From Alphaproteobacteria bacterium (GTDB lineage Bacteria; Pseudomonadota; Alphaproteobacteria; GCA-2731375): a DNA stretch of 64,000 nt. A model generated the notes under the pieces. The model saw only the letters and a list, made by a program, of their open reading frames with translations. It did not search any database and was not told where the DNA came from. Shown here piece after piece: positions 21,722 to 31,584 of this stretch (within the stretch, counting starts at the first letter, position 1; every line of letters starts with the position of its first letter). The stretch spans positions 449,355 to 513,354 of the forward strand of contig CBDEHK010000001.1 of assembly GCA_965238305.1 (NCBI GenBank), given 5' to 3'. The position numbers and the translations under genes are program-made.

Positions 21722-21806
21722 ATCTGTATTCCCTTAAAAGAGTTATAGCTTTCGCCGATCATGTTTATATTCCAACTTCGTTCGTGTCACTAAGCCGAAG
21801 GTAAGT

Positions 21807-22817
21807 ATGTTCGAAATATTGCTGCCCATGGCCACCACGCAAGGTCTCCAGAATGTCGCGTTGGTTTTGTTTGGGGCCCTGGTGATCGACGCGATCATTG
21901 GTGAGCCCAAATGGCTTTATCAACGCGTGACGCACCCGGTCGCGATCATCGGTAAATTTATTGATGTTCTTGAGACGGCTTTTTTTAAGCGCCGACAGGG
22001 CCGCGGTTTGCAAATGGCCAGTGGGCTTTCTCTGGTTCTCATCTGCCTGGCGGTATTCGCCGGCGCCGCCATGCTTATCGCCTGGATTTGCACGAAGTTC
22101 AGCGCTGGAAGCGTCGTTTTGATGCTCCTGACAAGTATGTTTTTGGCCGGACGAAGTCTTTTTGATCACGTTCGCGAAGTGGCCCATGGTTTGACCACCT
22201 TGTTGCAAGGCGGGCGTGAGGCCGTTGCCAAAATTGTCGGTCGCGATCCCGATAGCCTGGATCAAGCCGGCATCGCACGCGCTGCAATCGAAAGTTTGGC
22301 GGAGAATTTTTCCGACGCTGTGGTGGCGCCGGTATTGTGGTTTCTGCTGCTCGGTTTTCCAGGCCTGGTGGCCTACAAAGTCATTAATACGCTGGACAGC
22401 ATGATCGGCCATCGGAACGACCGCTATGAATGGTTCGGCAAGGTAGCAGCCCGGCTTGACGACGCCGTGAATTGGCCGGCGGCGCGATTGAGTGGTTTCA
22501 TTCTGGTCTTGGCGGCAGCGGTTGTTCCCGGATTTCATGGACAAAGCGCGTTGGTGACGATGCTGCGTGATGCCGGGCAGCACAAATCGGTCAATGCCGG
22601 TTGGCCGGAGGCCGCCATGGCCGGCGCCCTGAATATCGCCCTGGCTGGCCCTCGGGTTTATGACGGCAAGCGGGTAGAAGATGACTGGATGGGCACTGGC
22701 CGGCAAGATATCGCGGCGCCGGATATCGACCGCGCCCTCAGGCTTTACCTCACCGCCAATGTGATTTTGGCGTCGTCGGTTTTGAGCCTGTGGTGGCTGT
22801 TGTCTGAGATTACCTGA
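21807..22817 (+). CDS. cobD: Adenosylcobinamide-phosphate synthase
   Basis: GEPKWLYQRVTHPVAIIGKFID (CbiB/CobD HPV motif); membrane protein; the real gene among two overlapping antisense ORFs. Confidence 0.85.
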   Translation: MFEILLPMATTQGLQNVALVLFGALVIDAIIGEPKWLYQRVTHPVAIIGKFIDVLETAFFKRRQGRGLQMASGLSLVLICLAVFAGAAMLIAWICTKFSAGSVVLMLLTSMFLAGRSLFDHVREVAHGLTTLLQGGREAVAKIVGRDPDSLDQAGIARAAIESLAENFSDAVVAPVLWFLLLGFPGLVAYKVINTLDSMIGHRNDRYEWFGKVAARLDDAVNWPAARLSGFILVLAAAVVPGFHGQSALVTMLRDAGQHKSVNAGWPEAAMAGALNIALAGPRVYDGKRVEDDWMGTGRQDIAAPDIDRALRLYLTANVILASSVLSLWWLLSEIT

Positions 22818-24273
22818 CATGAGCAATCTCCAGCATGTGGTCTAGGGACAATTCTTTTTCCAACTGCGCCGCCAGTTGGTCCAGGGCCTGGTCGACAACA
22901 AGATCGTAAGCGAGCTTGGAGGGCTCTCGATGGCGCAATCGGGACAGGAAGGCGTGGCGAAAATCATCGCCCCGGAACAGCCCATGCAAATAGCAGCCGG
23001 CAACCAGTCGATCCGGACTTTGCGCGCCGTCATTTCGCGTGGAGAAAGATAAAAACGGGGTATCGCAGTCGGCGCCGCAGCTATCGCCGATATGGATTTC
23101 GTAACCGTTCACATTCTTCCCGGTGGCGATATGGATACCGCCGGTCTCTCCCAGCTCTTTGCGCCCGCGTAAGGTTGTTTCGATGTTCAGCAGACCCAGA
23201 CCGTCGATTTCTTCTGTCGCGCTTTCGATCCGCTCCGGGTCGCGGATTTTCTTGCCAAGCATCTGATAACCGCCGCAGATGCCCAGGATAGCACCGCCGC
23301 GGCGGTGATGGGCCTGAATATCGATATCCCAACCTTGCTGTCGAAGGAATGCCATGTCGGCAATCGTGGCTTTTGTGCCGGGCAGAATGATCAGATCGCA
23401 AGCAGCTGGAATAGCCTCACCGGCCGGGACAAACAGCAGCGACACATCGGGTTCCAACTTGAGCGGATCAAAATCATCGAAATTTGCGATCCGGGACAGT
23501 TTGGGCACGGCAATGCGAATGGCCCCTGCAGGCGCCTTCGTTATCGCCTCCAACGCCATGGCGTCTTCCGCCGGTAATTTGGCGACAGCGCTGCTATGTT
23601 CAACGACACCGAATGAAGCCCAGCCGGTACGTTGCGTAATCATTTCCAAGCCGCTGCCGAACAAGGATTTGTCGCCGCGGAATTTGTTGATGATGTACCC
23701 TTTTACCCGGGCCTTATCATCGCTGTTTAGTAATTCGAACGTCCCAACCAAGCTCGCGATCACCCCGCCACGGTCGATATCGGCGACCAAGGCAACCGCA
23801 ATGTCGGCGGCGTCAGCAAACGCCATATTGGCGATATCCAAGCCCGGCAAATTTATTTCCGCCGGGCTGCCGGCACCTTCGACCAACATCAGGTCCGCGT
23901 CGTTGGCCAAGCCTTGGTAGCTGTCCAGTATCTGCGGCAGCAAGGTCGCTTTCATCTCCTGATAAGCCCGCGCGTTGGCATTGCCCAAGCGTTCTCCCAA
24001 GACAATGACCTGCGCGCCAACGTCACTTTGCGGCTTTAGAAGCACCGGGTTCATGTGCACGCTCGCCGCGGTCCGGCAGGCCAGGGCTTGTAGATGTTGG
24101 GCCCGGCCAATTTCACCACCATCTGCGGTGACGGCGGCGTTATTCGACATATTCTGCGGTTTAAAAGGTCGGACGGTTAAACCGCGATTGCTATAGGCGC
24201 GCGCCAGTCCGGCGACGAGGACTGATTTCCCCACGTCCGACCCGGTCCCTTGCATCATCAGTGCGCCCGTCAT
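22810..24273 (-). CDS. cobQ: Cobyric acid synthase
   Basis: MTGALMMQGTGSDVGKSVLVAGLARAY; CobQ/CbiP with a glutamine amidotransferase C-terminal domain. Confidence 0.85.
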   Translation of the reverse strand: MTGALMMQGTGSDVGKSVLVAGLARAYSNRGLTVRPFKPQNMSNNAAVTADGGEIGRAQHLQALACRTAASVHMNPVLLKPQSDVGAQVIVLGERLGNANARAYQEMKATLLPQILDSYQGLANDADLMLVEGAGSPAEINLPGLDIANMAFADAADIAVALVADIDRGGVIASLVGTFELLNSDDKARVKGYIINKFRGDKSLFGSGLEMITQRTGWASFGVVEHSSAVAKLPAEDAMALEAITKAPAGAIRIAVPKLSRIANFDDFDPLKLEPDVSLLFVPAGEAIPAACDLIILPGTKATIADMAFLRQQGWDIDIQAHHRRGGAILGICGGYQMLGKKIRDPERIESATEEIDGLGLLNIETTLRGRKELGETGGIHIATGKNVNGYEIHIGDSCGADCDTPFLSFSTRNDGAQSPDRLVAGCYLHGLFRGDDFRHAFLSRLRHREPSKLAYDLVVDQALDQLAAQLEKELSLDHMLEIAHVR

Positions 24274-24281
24274 TTCGCCCC

Positions 24282-24938
24282 CTAAAATTCGATACCGACT
24301 TGGGCTTTGACGCCGGATCGGAAAGGATGTTTGATTTGCGTCATCTCGGTCACCAAATCGGCGCAGTCGATCAATTCATCTTTCGCATTGCGTCCGGTGA
24401 CAACGATGTGCAGGTTTTCGGGTCGGTTCTGCAATGTTTCGATGACATCGTCCAATGGCAGATAGTCGTAGCGGAGAACGATATTTAATTCGTCCAGGAC
24501 AATCATGTCGTAGGCCGGATCCGGCCCGCGCGCCGCTTCAATCATCGCCTTCGATTTTTCCCAAGCCGCATTGGCGGCGGCAATATCCCGGGCCCGGTCC
24601 TGCGTGTCCCAAGTAAATCCTTCGCCCATGGCGTTGATCGTCACCAGATCGGGATAATTCTCCTGGATCGTGCGTTCGCCGGTTTCCCACGCACCTTTGA
24701 CATATTGCACAATGCCGACCCGCATACCGTTGCCGATGGCGCGCAAGGCCAGGCCGAAAGCGGCGGTCGATTTGCCCTTGCCTTTGCCGGTATGAACAAT
24801 CAACAAGCCTTTCTCGATCGTTTTGGTGGCGATCATTTTTTCCCGCGCCGCCTTTTTCTTTGCGGCTTTTTCGTTGGCCCGTTGATTGGCATCGTCGTCG
24901 CCAACCGTTTCATAGGCTTTTTTCTTCTCGTTCATGCG
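24282..24938 (-). CDS. cobO: Cob(I)yrinic acid a,c-diamide adenosyltransferase
   Basis: HTGKGKGKSTAAFGLALRAIGNGMRVGIVQYVKGAWETGE; start chosen at MNEKKK, abutting the cobN stop (the ORF would extend to 25007). Confidence 0.8.
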   Translation of the reverse strand, partial: RMNEKKKAYETVGDDDANQRANEKAAKKKAAREKMIATKTIEKGLLIVHTGKGKGKSTAAFGLALRAIGNGMRVGIVQYVKGAWETGERTIQENYPDLVTINAMGEGFTWDTQDRARDIAAANAAWEKSKAMIEAARGPDPAYDMIVLDELNIVLRYDYLPLDDVIETLQNRPENLHIVVTGRNAKDELIDCADLVTEMTQIKHPFRSGVKAQVGIEF

Positions 24939-27900
24939 CTCCATTCCTCCTCTATAGCGGCAAGCCCGGCTAATTCCGCTTGGGCAGAATTTGATCGCGG
25001 TTGCCATAGCTCACGGGCGCAGGCTTCCAGCAATTTTTCCGCCATTTCCCGCAACGCGGCCGGATTATGTTTCAACAAAAACTCGCGCACTTCCAGATCG
25101 TTTAAGTACGCCTCAAAGACGGCGTCGAAATGATGGTTTTGAACCACCCGGGCGGTGGCGGCAAAGGCAAACATATAGTCGACGGTGGCGGCCATTTCGA
25201 ACGCCCCTTTGTAACCGTGACGCATGACCCCGGCGATCCACTTCGGATTGACCACGCGGGCCCGGACAATGCGGCCGATTTCATCTTCTAGGGTACGGAT
25301 CCGTGGGTTTTCCGGCCGGCTATGGTCGTTGTGATAGACCGTTGGCTGGGTCCCGGAGAAATGGCGAATGGCCGCCGTCATGCCACCTTCGAACTGATAA
25401 TAGTCGTCGGAATCCAACAAATCATGCTCGCGATTGTCCTGGTTCTGAATGACCGCTTCGGTGGTCGATAACAATTGCTGGAATTGCTGATGGGTCGGTT
25501 GACCGGCCTGCCCACCGCCGTAAGCGTAACCGCCCCAAACCAGATAGGCTTGCGCCAAGTCGCGGTCGTCGCGCCAGCCTTTTTCATCGATCAGGGCTTG
25601 CAATCCGGCCCCATAAGCACCGGGCATGGAGCCGAAAACACGGGCGCCGGCCAGACGTTCGCTGTCGCTCTCATTATATCCTTCGGTTTTGAGGCGGGCT
25701 TTGTCGACTTTAACCCGTGCCGCCATTGGGTTGAAATTGTCCGGTTCGTCCAATGCCGCAATCGCGCGTGCCGCACTATCGATTAGATCGACTTGCGCCG
25801 GGAAGGCGTCGCGGAAAAAGCCGGAAATGCGGAAGGTCACATCGACCCGTGGCCGGTCCAGGATCGACAACGGCATGATCTCAAATCCGGTGACCCGTCT
25901 GGAGGCCGGCTCCCACGATGGTTGCACCCCCATCAACGCTAAAGCTTGCGCAATATCGTCGCCGCCGGTGCGCATATTGGCGGTGCCCCAGGCGCTGATC
26001 GCCAGATGCCGGGGCCAGGCACCATGTCGCTGGCGGAATTCATCGACCAATAACCCGGCGGAGTGCCAACCCAGTTGCCAAGCCGCCGGCGTCGGCACCG
26101 AGCGGCTATCGACAGAATAGAAATTACGGCCGGTTGGCAACACATCGATGCGCCCCCGGGTCGGTGCGCCGGACGGGCCAGGTTCAACAAATCTACCGTC
26201 CAGACCGGTCAACAAGGCGGCGATCTCCCGGCTGCCGCAGTCATCGACCGCGGCGGCGATTTCGGTTTTGATGGTATCGGTCACGGCTTTGGTGATCTGC
26301 CAGCCTTCGTCTGCAATCACCTCACCATCGACCAAGGCAGCGGCCAGCAGCTCCAAGCGCTCGACCGTATCGCCTTGGCTGCGCCAACTATCAGCGGTGA
26401 TTTTTGCCAAAACATCCGGCTTCGGTCCGGCCCAAGCAGCGCCTAGTTCGCAGGCCAGGGGATCGAAAGCGTCCTCTCCGACAGACAAACCGAGATCGAT
26501 CGCCAAGCCGCGGATAATTGAAGCATTGCCGTCTTTGCCATCATGTCGGGGCAAGCGTGCCAACGCCACCAACAAATCCCGGCGCTGGCGCCCGGATGGC
26601 GACAGGCCAAAGATGTGCAGGCCATCGCGAATTTGCAGTTCTTTCAGCTCGCAAAGATAATTGTCCAGCTTCGATAGCGCCGTGTCGTCGTCATCCTTTT
26701 TGCCGATGCCGATATCCCGGTCGAGACCGATATCGCGGCTAAGCTCTAGGATCTGTTCTTTCAATAATTTCACCCGCCGCGGATCGACACTTACCGCGTC
26801 ATAATATTCGTCGACCAGAAGCTCCAGATCGGCCAGCGGCCCGTAGCTTTCCGCCCGCGTCAAAGGTGGTGTCAAATGGTCGATAATGACCGCCTGGGCC
26901 CGGCGCTTGGCTTGCGTGCCTTCGCCTGGATCGTTGACGATGAAAGGATAGAGATGGGGCAACGGTCCCAATGCGGCTTCCGGAAAACATTGTTGCGAAA
27001 GCGCGTTCGATTTCCCCGGCAACCATTCCAAATTGCCATGTTTGCCCAAGTGGATGATCGCGTCAACGCCGATATCGTCGCGTAGCCAGCCATAGAACGC
27101 CATATAACCATGCGGTGGCACCAAATCCGGATCGTGATAGCTGGCTTGCGGATCGATGTTGTAGCCGCGGGCCGGCTGCAGCCCGACGATTATGTTGCCA
27201 AATTCAAGCGCCGGTAGGATCAGCTGGGCGCCAACGCAGAACGGATCGTCTTCAACATCGCCCCATCGCTCGGTTATTTGCTGCTGAACCGCCGCCGGCA
27301 GGTGATTGAAAAATTCACGATAAGCCGCGACCGGATAAGCGATGCCGCCGCTTTTCTGAGCCCGTCTGCCAATGTCGTTGGTGGGTCCGGCGGCCAATTG
27401 ATGGATCAGCCGATCGCCAGTTTCTGGAATGGCTCCGACCTGATAACCAGCGCCTTGCAATGCCTGCAGCACCACAATCGCGCCCGCCGGTGCATCCAAA
27501 CCAACCCCATTGCCCAAGCGTCCATCCTTGTTTGGGTAGTTTGCAAAGATGATAGCAAGTCGCCGGTCCACCGGTTTTTTGCGTCGCAACTTGACCCAAT
27601 TGGCGGCAAGCTGGCAGGTGAAATCGATGCGATCCGCTTCCGCTTCATAGGCGATCGTTGGATATTGCGTTTCCGCATCGAAGGTCACTTCGGACTTGAA
27701 CGAAACCGCGCGCGCGATGATCCGACCATCGACCTCCGGGAGGGCGATATTCATAGCGATATCACGGGCGTTTAGACCGTGACTTTTATCGGCCCAGCTT
27801 TCCCGGTCGCTGCCGGCAAAAATCACCTGCAGCACCGGGCAAGCCGGTTTCTCCAACGGCGACGCTGCCCGCTCGGTGTTGGGACGGGAAACCGCAAATC

Positions 27901-28702
27901 CGGTGGCGTTCAAAATCACCTGCGGTTCGGTTTGCGCGAATATCGCATCGACCAGGGCGGCTGACCCGGCATCCTTTAGACTGGCAACATAAAGCGGCAG
28001 CGGATTAAGACCCTGGTTACGCAAACCTTCAATTAAAGCGTCCACCGGCGCCAGATTGCCGGCCTGAAATAGGGCTCGATAAAATACGATCGCCGCCGTT
28101 GGTGCCGCTGGTTGCCATTGTTTTTGCACATCATCTAATGAGACATCTTCCAGCCCAGGCCAATAAAGCCCGGCCCGCAACAATAGCTGCGGTTCGAACC
28201 AAGTTTCGTTTTGTTCGCCAAGCAGCGACGCGCCATAGGCAAGCAGTGAGCGGGCATTTGCCGGTCCGCCCTGCACACAATATTGCCAAAGCCGGTGGCA
28301 GACATCCGTTCCAAGCGTCGATAATCCGGCTAACTCCGGGTCCGGTTGATCGTCGCCCGGCACAATCGCCAGCTTGATTTGTTGATCGCGGCAGGTCTTG
28401 ACAATCTGCTCGACCCCATAAGGCCAATAATTGGCCCCGCCCAGCAGTCGAACAATCACCAGCCGCGCACCAGAGATCACCTCGCCAACATACAAATCGA
28501 CGGAATAGGGATGCGCCAAATTCATCAGATTGGCGAGACGCAGGCTAGGCAAGTCAGGGCCAATCGCGTCGCGGGCGGCGACCAGCATTTGCAGGTCGCT
28601 ATCGGCGGCCGAGAGCACGACAATATCGCCGGCGCTCTGACCCAGGTCGACGGCTTCGCTGCCATCGACGATCCCCCCTGGTTTTGCCGCGAGTAAGTGC
28701 AT
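24932..28702 (-). CDS. cobN: Cobaltochelatase large subunit CobN
   Basis: 1256 aa; MHLLAAKPGGIVDGSEAVDLGQSAGDIVVLSAADSDL; CobN/Mg-chelatase H family length and N-terminus. Confidence 0.85.
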   Translation of the reverse strand: MHLLAAKPGGIVDGSEAVDLGQSAGDIVVLSAADSDLQMLVAARDAIGPDLPSLRLANLMNLAHPYSVDLYVGEVISGARLVIVRLLGGANYWPYGVEQIVKTCRDQQIKLAIVPGDDQPDPELAGLSTLGTDVCHRLWQYCVQGGPANARSLLAYGASLLGEQNETWFEPQLLLRAGLYWPGLEDVSLDDVQKQWQPAAPTAAIVFYRALFQAGNLAPVDALIEGLRNQGLNPLPLYVASLKDAGSAALVDAIFAQTEPQVILNATGFAVSRPNTERAASPLEKPACPVLQVIFAGSDRESWADKSHGLNARDIAMNIALPEVDGRIIARAVSFKSEVTFDAETQYPTIAYEAEADRIDFTCQLAANWVKLRRKKPVDRRLAIIFANYPNKDGRLGNGVGLDAPAGAIVVLQALQGAGYQVGAIPETGDRLIHQLAAGPTNDIGRRAQKSGGIAYPVAAYREFFNHLPAAVQQQITERWGDVEDDPFCVGAQLILPALEFGNIIVGLQPARGYNIDPQASYHDPDLVPPHGYMAFYGWLRDDIGVDAIIHLGKHGNLEWLPGKSNALSQQCFPEAALGPLPHLYPFIVNDPGEGTQAKRRAQAVIIDHLTPPLTRAESYGPLADLELLVDEYYDAVSVDPRRVKLLKEQILELSRDIGLDRDIGIGKKDDDDTALSKLDNYLCELKELQIRDGLHIFGLSPSGRQRRDLLVALARLPRHDGKDGNASIIRGLAIDLGLSVGEDAFDPLACELGAAWAGPKPDVLAKITADSWRSQGDTVERLELLAAALVDGEVIADEGWQITKAVTDTIKTEIAAAVDDCGSREIAALLTGLDGRFVEPGPSGAPTRGRIDVLPTGRNFYSVDSRSVPTPAAWQLGWHSAGLLVDEFRQRHGAWPRHLAISAWGTANMRTGGDDIAQALALMGVQPSWEPASRRVTGFEIMPLSILDRPRVDVTFRISGFFRDAFPAQVDLIDSAARAIAALDEPDNFNPMAARVKVDKARLKTEGYNESDSERLAGARVFGSMPGAYGAGLQALIDEKGWRDDRDLAQAYLVWGGYAYGGGQAGQPTHQQFQQLLSTTEAVIQNQDNREHDLLDSDDYYQFEGGMTAAIRHFSGTQPTVYHNDHSRPENPRIRTLEDEIGRIVRARVVNPKWIAGVMRHGYKGAFEMAATVDYMFAFAATARVVQNHHFDAVFEAYLNDLEVREFLLKHNPAALREMAEKLLEACARELWQPRSNSAQAELAGLAAIEEEWSA

Positions 28703-28712
28703 GAAAAAGGTC

Positions 28713-29747
28713 CTAAGCCTGAATGATGGCGTTGATCGCGGCCTGATCCAGGCCGGCTTGCCCGATCACCACGATCTGCCCTTGGCGGCTCTCCTGGTTT
28801 TGCCATTCGCGGTCGAAATAATGTTGTAAGCGGCGGCCGACCCCTTGGATCAGCAAGCGCATATCCTTGCCTTCGACGGCGACAAAACCCTTGAGGCGCA
28901 GGATGTCATGCTCTGCCGCCGCCCGGCGCAAGCGATCCAGCATGCCATCCAGATCTTTGATGACATCGACGGAGACGATAAAACTTTCGAAATCGTCATG
29001 TTCATGATCGTCCTCGTCGTCGTGATGAGAGGGGCGGTTCATCAGATCATCTTCGGCCGCCGCTTCCAAACCCAATAAGGTGGCGGCGTCGATGGCGCCG
29101 TGTCGGGCCGGCACGATGGCGATTTCCTGCCGCAATTCTTTGCGCAGATCATCGGCGGCCTTGCCCAAACTGGCTTCGTCCATCAGATCCGCTTTGTTCA
29201 AAATGACCATGTCGGCACTGGCCAGCTGATCTTCGAACAATTCAGCCAGCGGACTTTCATGGTCCAAAGCGTCATCGGCCAGGCGTTGCGCCGCGACCGC
29301 GTCCGGATCCTCGGCAAACAGACCGTCGGCAAAAGCCGGCCCATCGACCACAGCGACGACCCCGTCGACCGTGACCCGGGTACGGATATCCGGCCAGTTG
29401 AAGGCTTTGATCAAGGGTTTCGGCAAGGCCAGGCCAGACGTTTCGATGACGATGTGATCTATCGGGTCGGCCCGGTTCAATAGCGCGTTCATGGTCGGGA
29501 CAAAATCGTCGGCGACGGTGCAGCAAATGCAACCGTTGGCCAATTCCACGATATCGGCTTCGCTACAGGTTTCCTCGCCGCAGGCTTTCAAGATTTCGCC
29601 ATCGACGCCGACATCGCCAAATTCGTTGATAATAAGGGCGATTTTGCGCCCGTTGGCGGTTTCCAACAGATGCCGAATAAGACTGGTTTTGCCGGCCCCT
29701 AAAAAGCCAGTGATCACGGTGGTGGGGACACGGTTGAGACTATTCAT
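28713..29747 (-). CDS. cobW: Cobalamin biosynthesis GTPase CobW (COG0523 family)
   Basis: GFLGAGKTSL P-loop, CICCTV metal motif, His/Asp-rich stretch HHDDEDDHEHDDFE. Confidence 0.85.
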   Translation of the reverse strand: MNSLNRVPTTVITGFLGAGKTSLIRHLLETANGRKIALIINEFGDVGVDGEILKACGEETCSEADIVELANGCICCTVADDFVPTMNALLNRADPIDHIVIETSGLALPKPLIKAFNWPDIRTRVTVDGVVAVVDGPAFADGLFAEDPDAVAAQRLADDALDHESPLAELFEDQLASADMVILNKADLMDEASLGKAADDLRKELRQEIAIVPARHGAIDAATLLGLEAAAEDDLMNRPSHHDDEDDHEHDDFESFIVSVDVIKDLDGMLDRLRRAAAEHDILRLKGFVAVEGKDMRLLIQGVGRRLQHYFDREWQNQESRQGQIVVIGQAGLDQAAINAIIQA

Positions 29748-30298
29748 CGGGCAACATCCTCGGTTAGTTGGCCTTTTAGGATTAGCGGCAGGCCGGCAGC
29801 GGTGAAAATGACATTATCGGCGATCATGGCGGCGCGTTGGTTCATGCAGCCGCTGAGGTCGCGAAATTTACGGGCGAGATCGTTTTCAGGCACGATGGAC
29901 AGGCCGACTTCGTTTGATATCAAAGTGATTGGACAGGTAACGGCTTGCACCGCCTCCAGCAGCGCCGTTACTTCGTGATCGATATCCCCATCGGCCAGCA
30001 GATGATTGGACAGCCAAAGGGTCAGGCAATCGACCAGGATCGGCAAACCGATTTGGCCGGCTTCCGCAATCGCTTGGGCCAGGTCCATCGGCGCTTCAAT
30101 CGTGCGCCATGTGTGGTTGCGTCGGGCCTGATGGGCGTCGATGCGTTGTCGCATTTCCTCGTCAAAAGCTTGCGCGGTGGCGATATAGATGCGGTTTTGG
30201 CCTTGCCCGCAACACAGGCGTTCACCCAAACGGCTTTTCCCCGAACGGGCACCCCCCAGGATTAGTGAAATTTCCGCAAGTCGGCCCTCTGATCGCAT
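29744..30298 (-). CDS. cobU: Adenosylcobinamide kinase / adenosylcobinamide-phosphate guanylyltransferase
   Basis: ISLILGGARSGKSRLGE P-loop; start chosen at MRSEG (the ORF extends to 30364, which would leave no room for the riboswitch expression platform). Confidence 0.8.
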   Translation of the reverse strand: MRSEGRLAEISLILGGARSGKSRLGERLCCGQGQNRIYIATAQAFDEEMRQRIDAHQARRNHTWRTIEAPMDLAQAIAEAGQIGLPILVDCLTLWLSNHLLADGDIDHEVTALLEAVQAVTCPITLISNEVGLSIVPENDLARKFRDLSGCMNQRAAMIADNVIFTAAGLPLILKGQLTEDVAR

Positions 30299-30367
30299 GA
30301 CGCTCCTGCTCTCCCTCCGAAGCTTGGTCAATACCGCCGTGCGCGTCTCCTGACTTAGGCTCATGGG

Positions 30368-30545
30368 TCCCGAGGCCTTCCCAGCAGATTAATCTGCCAG
30401 TGGCTGTTTCCCGGTTCCTCGCCATTCACAGTTGCGGGGGCAGTGTTGGAATTTCCATGATTTTTACCTGGAGCACCAACTTCCGCGCCGCAGCGGTCCA
30501 GGAAACTAGCACGAGAGGCCGGGCCAGAGCAATCGTGCTGGACGG
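30368..30545 (-). ncRNA. Cobalamin (AdoCbl) riboswitch upstream of cobU-cobW-cobN-cobO-cobQ
   Basis: Minus-strand read: ...GGTGCTCCAGG...CCCGCAACTGTGAATGGCGAGGAACCGGGAAACAGCCACTGGCAGATTAATCTGCTGGGAAGGCC, containing the B12 box GCCACTG and the CCCGCAACTGT element. Confidence 0.8.
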
Positions 30546-30609
30546 CTTTGCCTAAGCGCTCTATACGGAATGCTGATATTAAACTCCACCCGCGCCGAGC
30601 CACACTGAA

Positions 30610-31311
30610 ATGACTGCAATTCTGACCCTTGGTTTTCTCTTAGGTTTGCAACATGCGATGGAAGCCGATCATGTCGCCTCGGTTGCCAGCATCGTCGCCG
30701 GACAACGAAAACTCAGCCATATTGCCGCGCATGGCTTGTTCTGGGGCATCGGTCATGCCCTCACGCTGGCGGCTTTTGTCGGCACAATAATATTACTTCG
30801 TGGCGAATTGCCCGCCGGATTGACGCCGCTACTGGAAGCCGCGATTGGCGTCATCTTGATCGGCCTTGGCAGCTCCGTCCTCTATCGCTTGCATAAAGCG
30901 CGCATCCATTTCCACCTCCATCGCCATCGCGACGGCGCCGTGCACTTCCACGCCCATAGCCACAAAGGCGACAAACAACCGCATGATCTGAACCCGCATC
31001 ATCATGCCCATGCGCCAGCGCCGCGACGGCGGCGTAGTTTTATCATCGGGGTCATGCACGGCCTGGCCGGATCGGCGGCGGTCCTGGCCCTGGCCTTTCC
31101 GCAAGGCGGCTGGGCCGGCTTTGCTTTGGTGCTCTTGTTTTCGCTCGGCTCGATCATCGGCATGGTGGCGTTATCAGGCGTCATCGCGATGCCGCTTATC
31201 CTCAGCGGCCGGCTGGCGACCGGCCTGAACAATACCCTGCAAAGCGCCATCGGAGGGCTCAGCGTCGCCATCGGCGTTATCCACATCGTCAGCGTCTATC
31301 CCGAGCTGTGA
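30610..31311 (+). CDS. NicO/RcnA-family nickel-cobalt transporter with His-rich loop
   Basis: LQHAMEADHVASVASI (HX4DH-type NicO signature); His-rich loop HFHLHRHRDGAVHFHAHSHKGDKQPHDLNPHHHAHAP; 6 or more TM segments. Confidence 0.7.
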   Translation: MTAILTLGFLLGLQHAMEADHVASVASIVAGQRKLSHIAAHGLFWGIGHALTLAAFVGTIILLRGELPAGLTPLLEAAIGVILIGLGSSVLYRLHKARIHFHLHRHRDGAVHFHAHSHKGDKQPHDLNPHHHAHAPAPRRRRSFIIGVMHGLAGSAAVLALAFPQGGWAGFALVLLFSLGSIIGMVALSGVIAMPLILSGRLATGLNNTLQSAIGGLSVAIGVIHIVSVYPEL

Positions 31312-31584
31312 TTGAGCGGGTTTTCGGCCAAAATTTGCTGTTACGTTCAGAAGCAAACACTTCATCCACGACCGGACATTTGCAACATCTAGTTGTCCGG
31401 CCTTCGGACGGTAAACTGCGCCCCGTCATCGACGAACAACGGTAGGTAGTGTTTTCTAATTTAGCAACTTATTGTATTATAACAGTGCATATGAATAACC
31501 TTTAGTTGACAAATCTAATATATTTATGATTAGTAAATTTATATTCTATTAATCATTATTTTCTCGACGGAGTTTTTCACTGTA

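Noticed and set aside
21765-22826. 353-aa ORF on the minus strand, completely antisense to cobD
   Set aside because: The plus-strand ORF has the CobD/CbiB HPV motif and membrane topology. The minus-strand translation is low-complexity (R/Q/H-rich) with no recognisable domain, so it is a shadow ORF in GC-rich DNA.
24932-25007. 75-nt overlap between the cobO ORF start and the cobN 3' end
   Set aside because: It is resolved by choosing the internal Met (MNEKKK) that abuts the cobN stop. This gives a CobO of typical length, so the overlap is not real.
25626-28377. Multiple 60-170 aa ORFs on the plus strand inside cobN, and similar antisense ORFs inside the CHASE2-PP2C gene (43073-44328), the Mic60-like gene (48278-48863) and the PaaK-like gene (55854-56711)
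   Set aside because: All are antisense to long, well-supported genes and are Arg/Ala/Pro-rich, which is typical of spurious ORFs in high-GC sequence.
30361-30603. 80-aa minus-strand ORF upstream of cobU
   Set aside because: It coincides with the cobalamin riboswitch (B12 box and CCCGCAACTGT element), so it is RNA structure, not coding.
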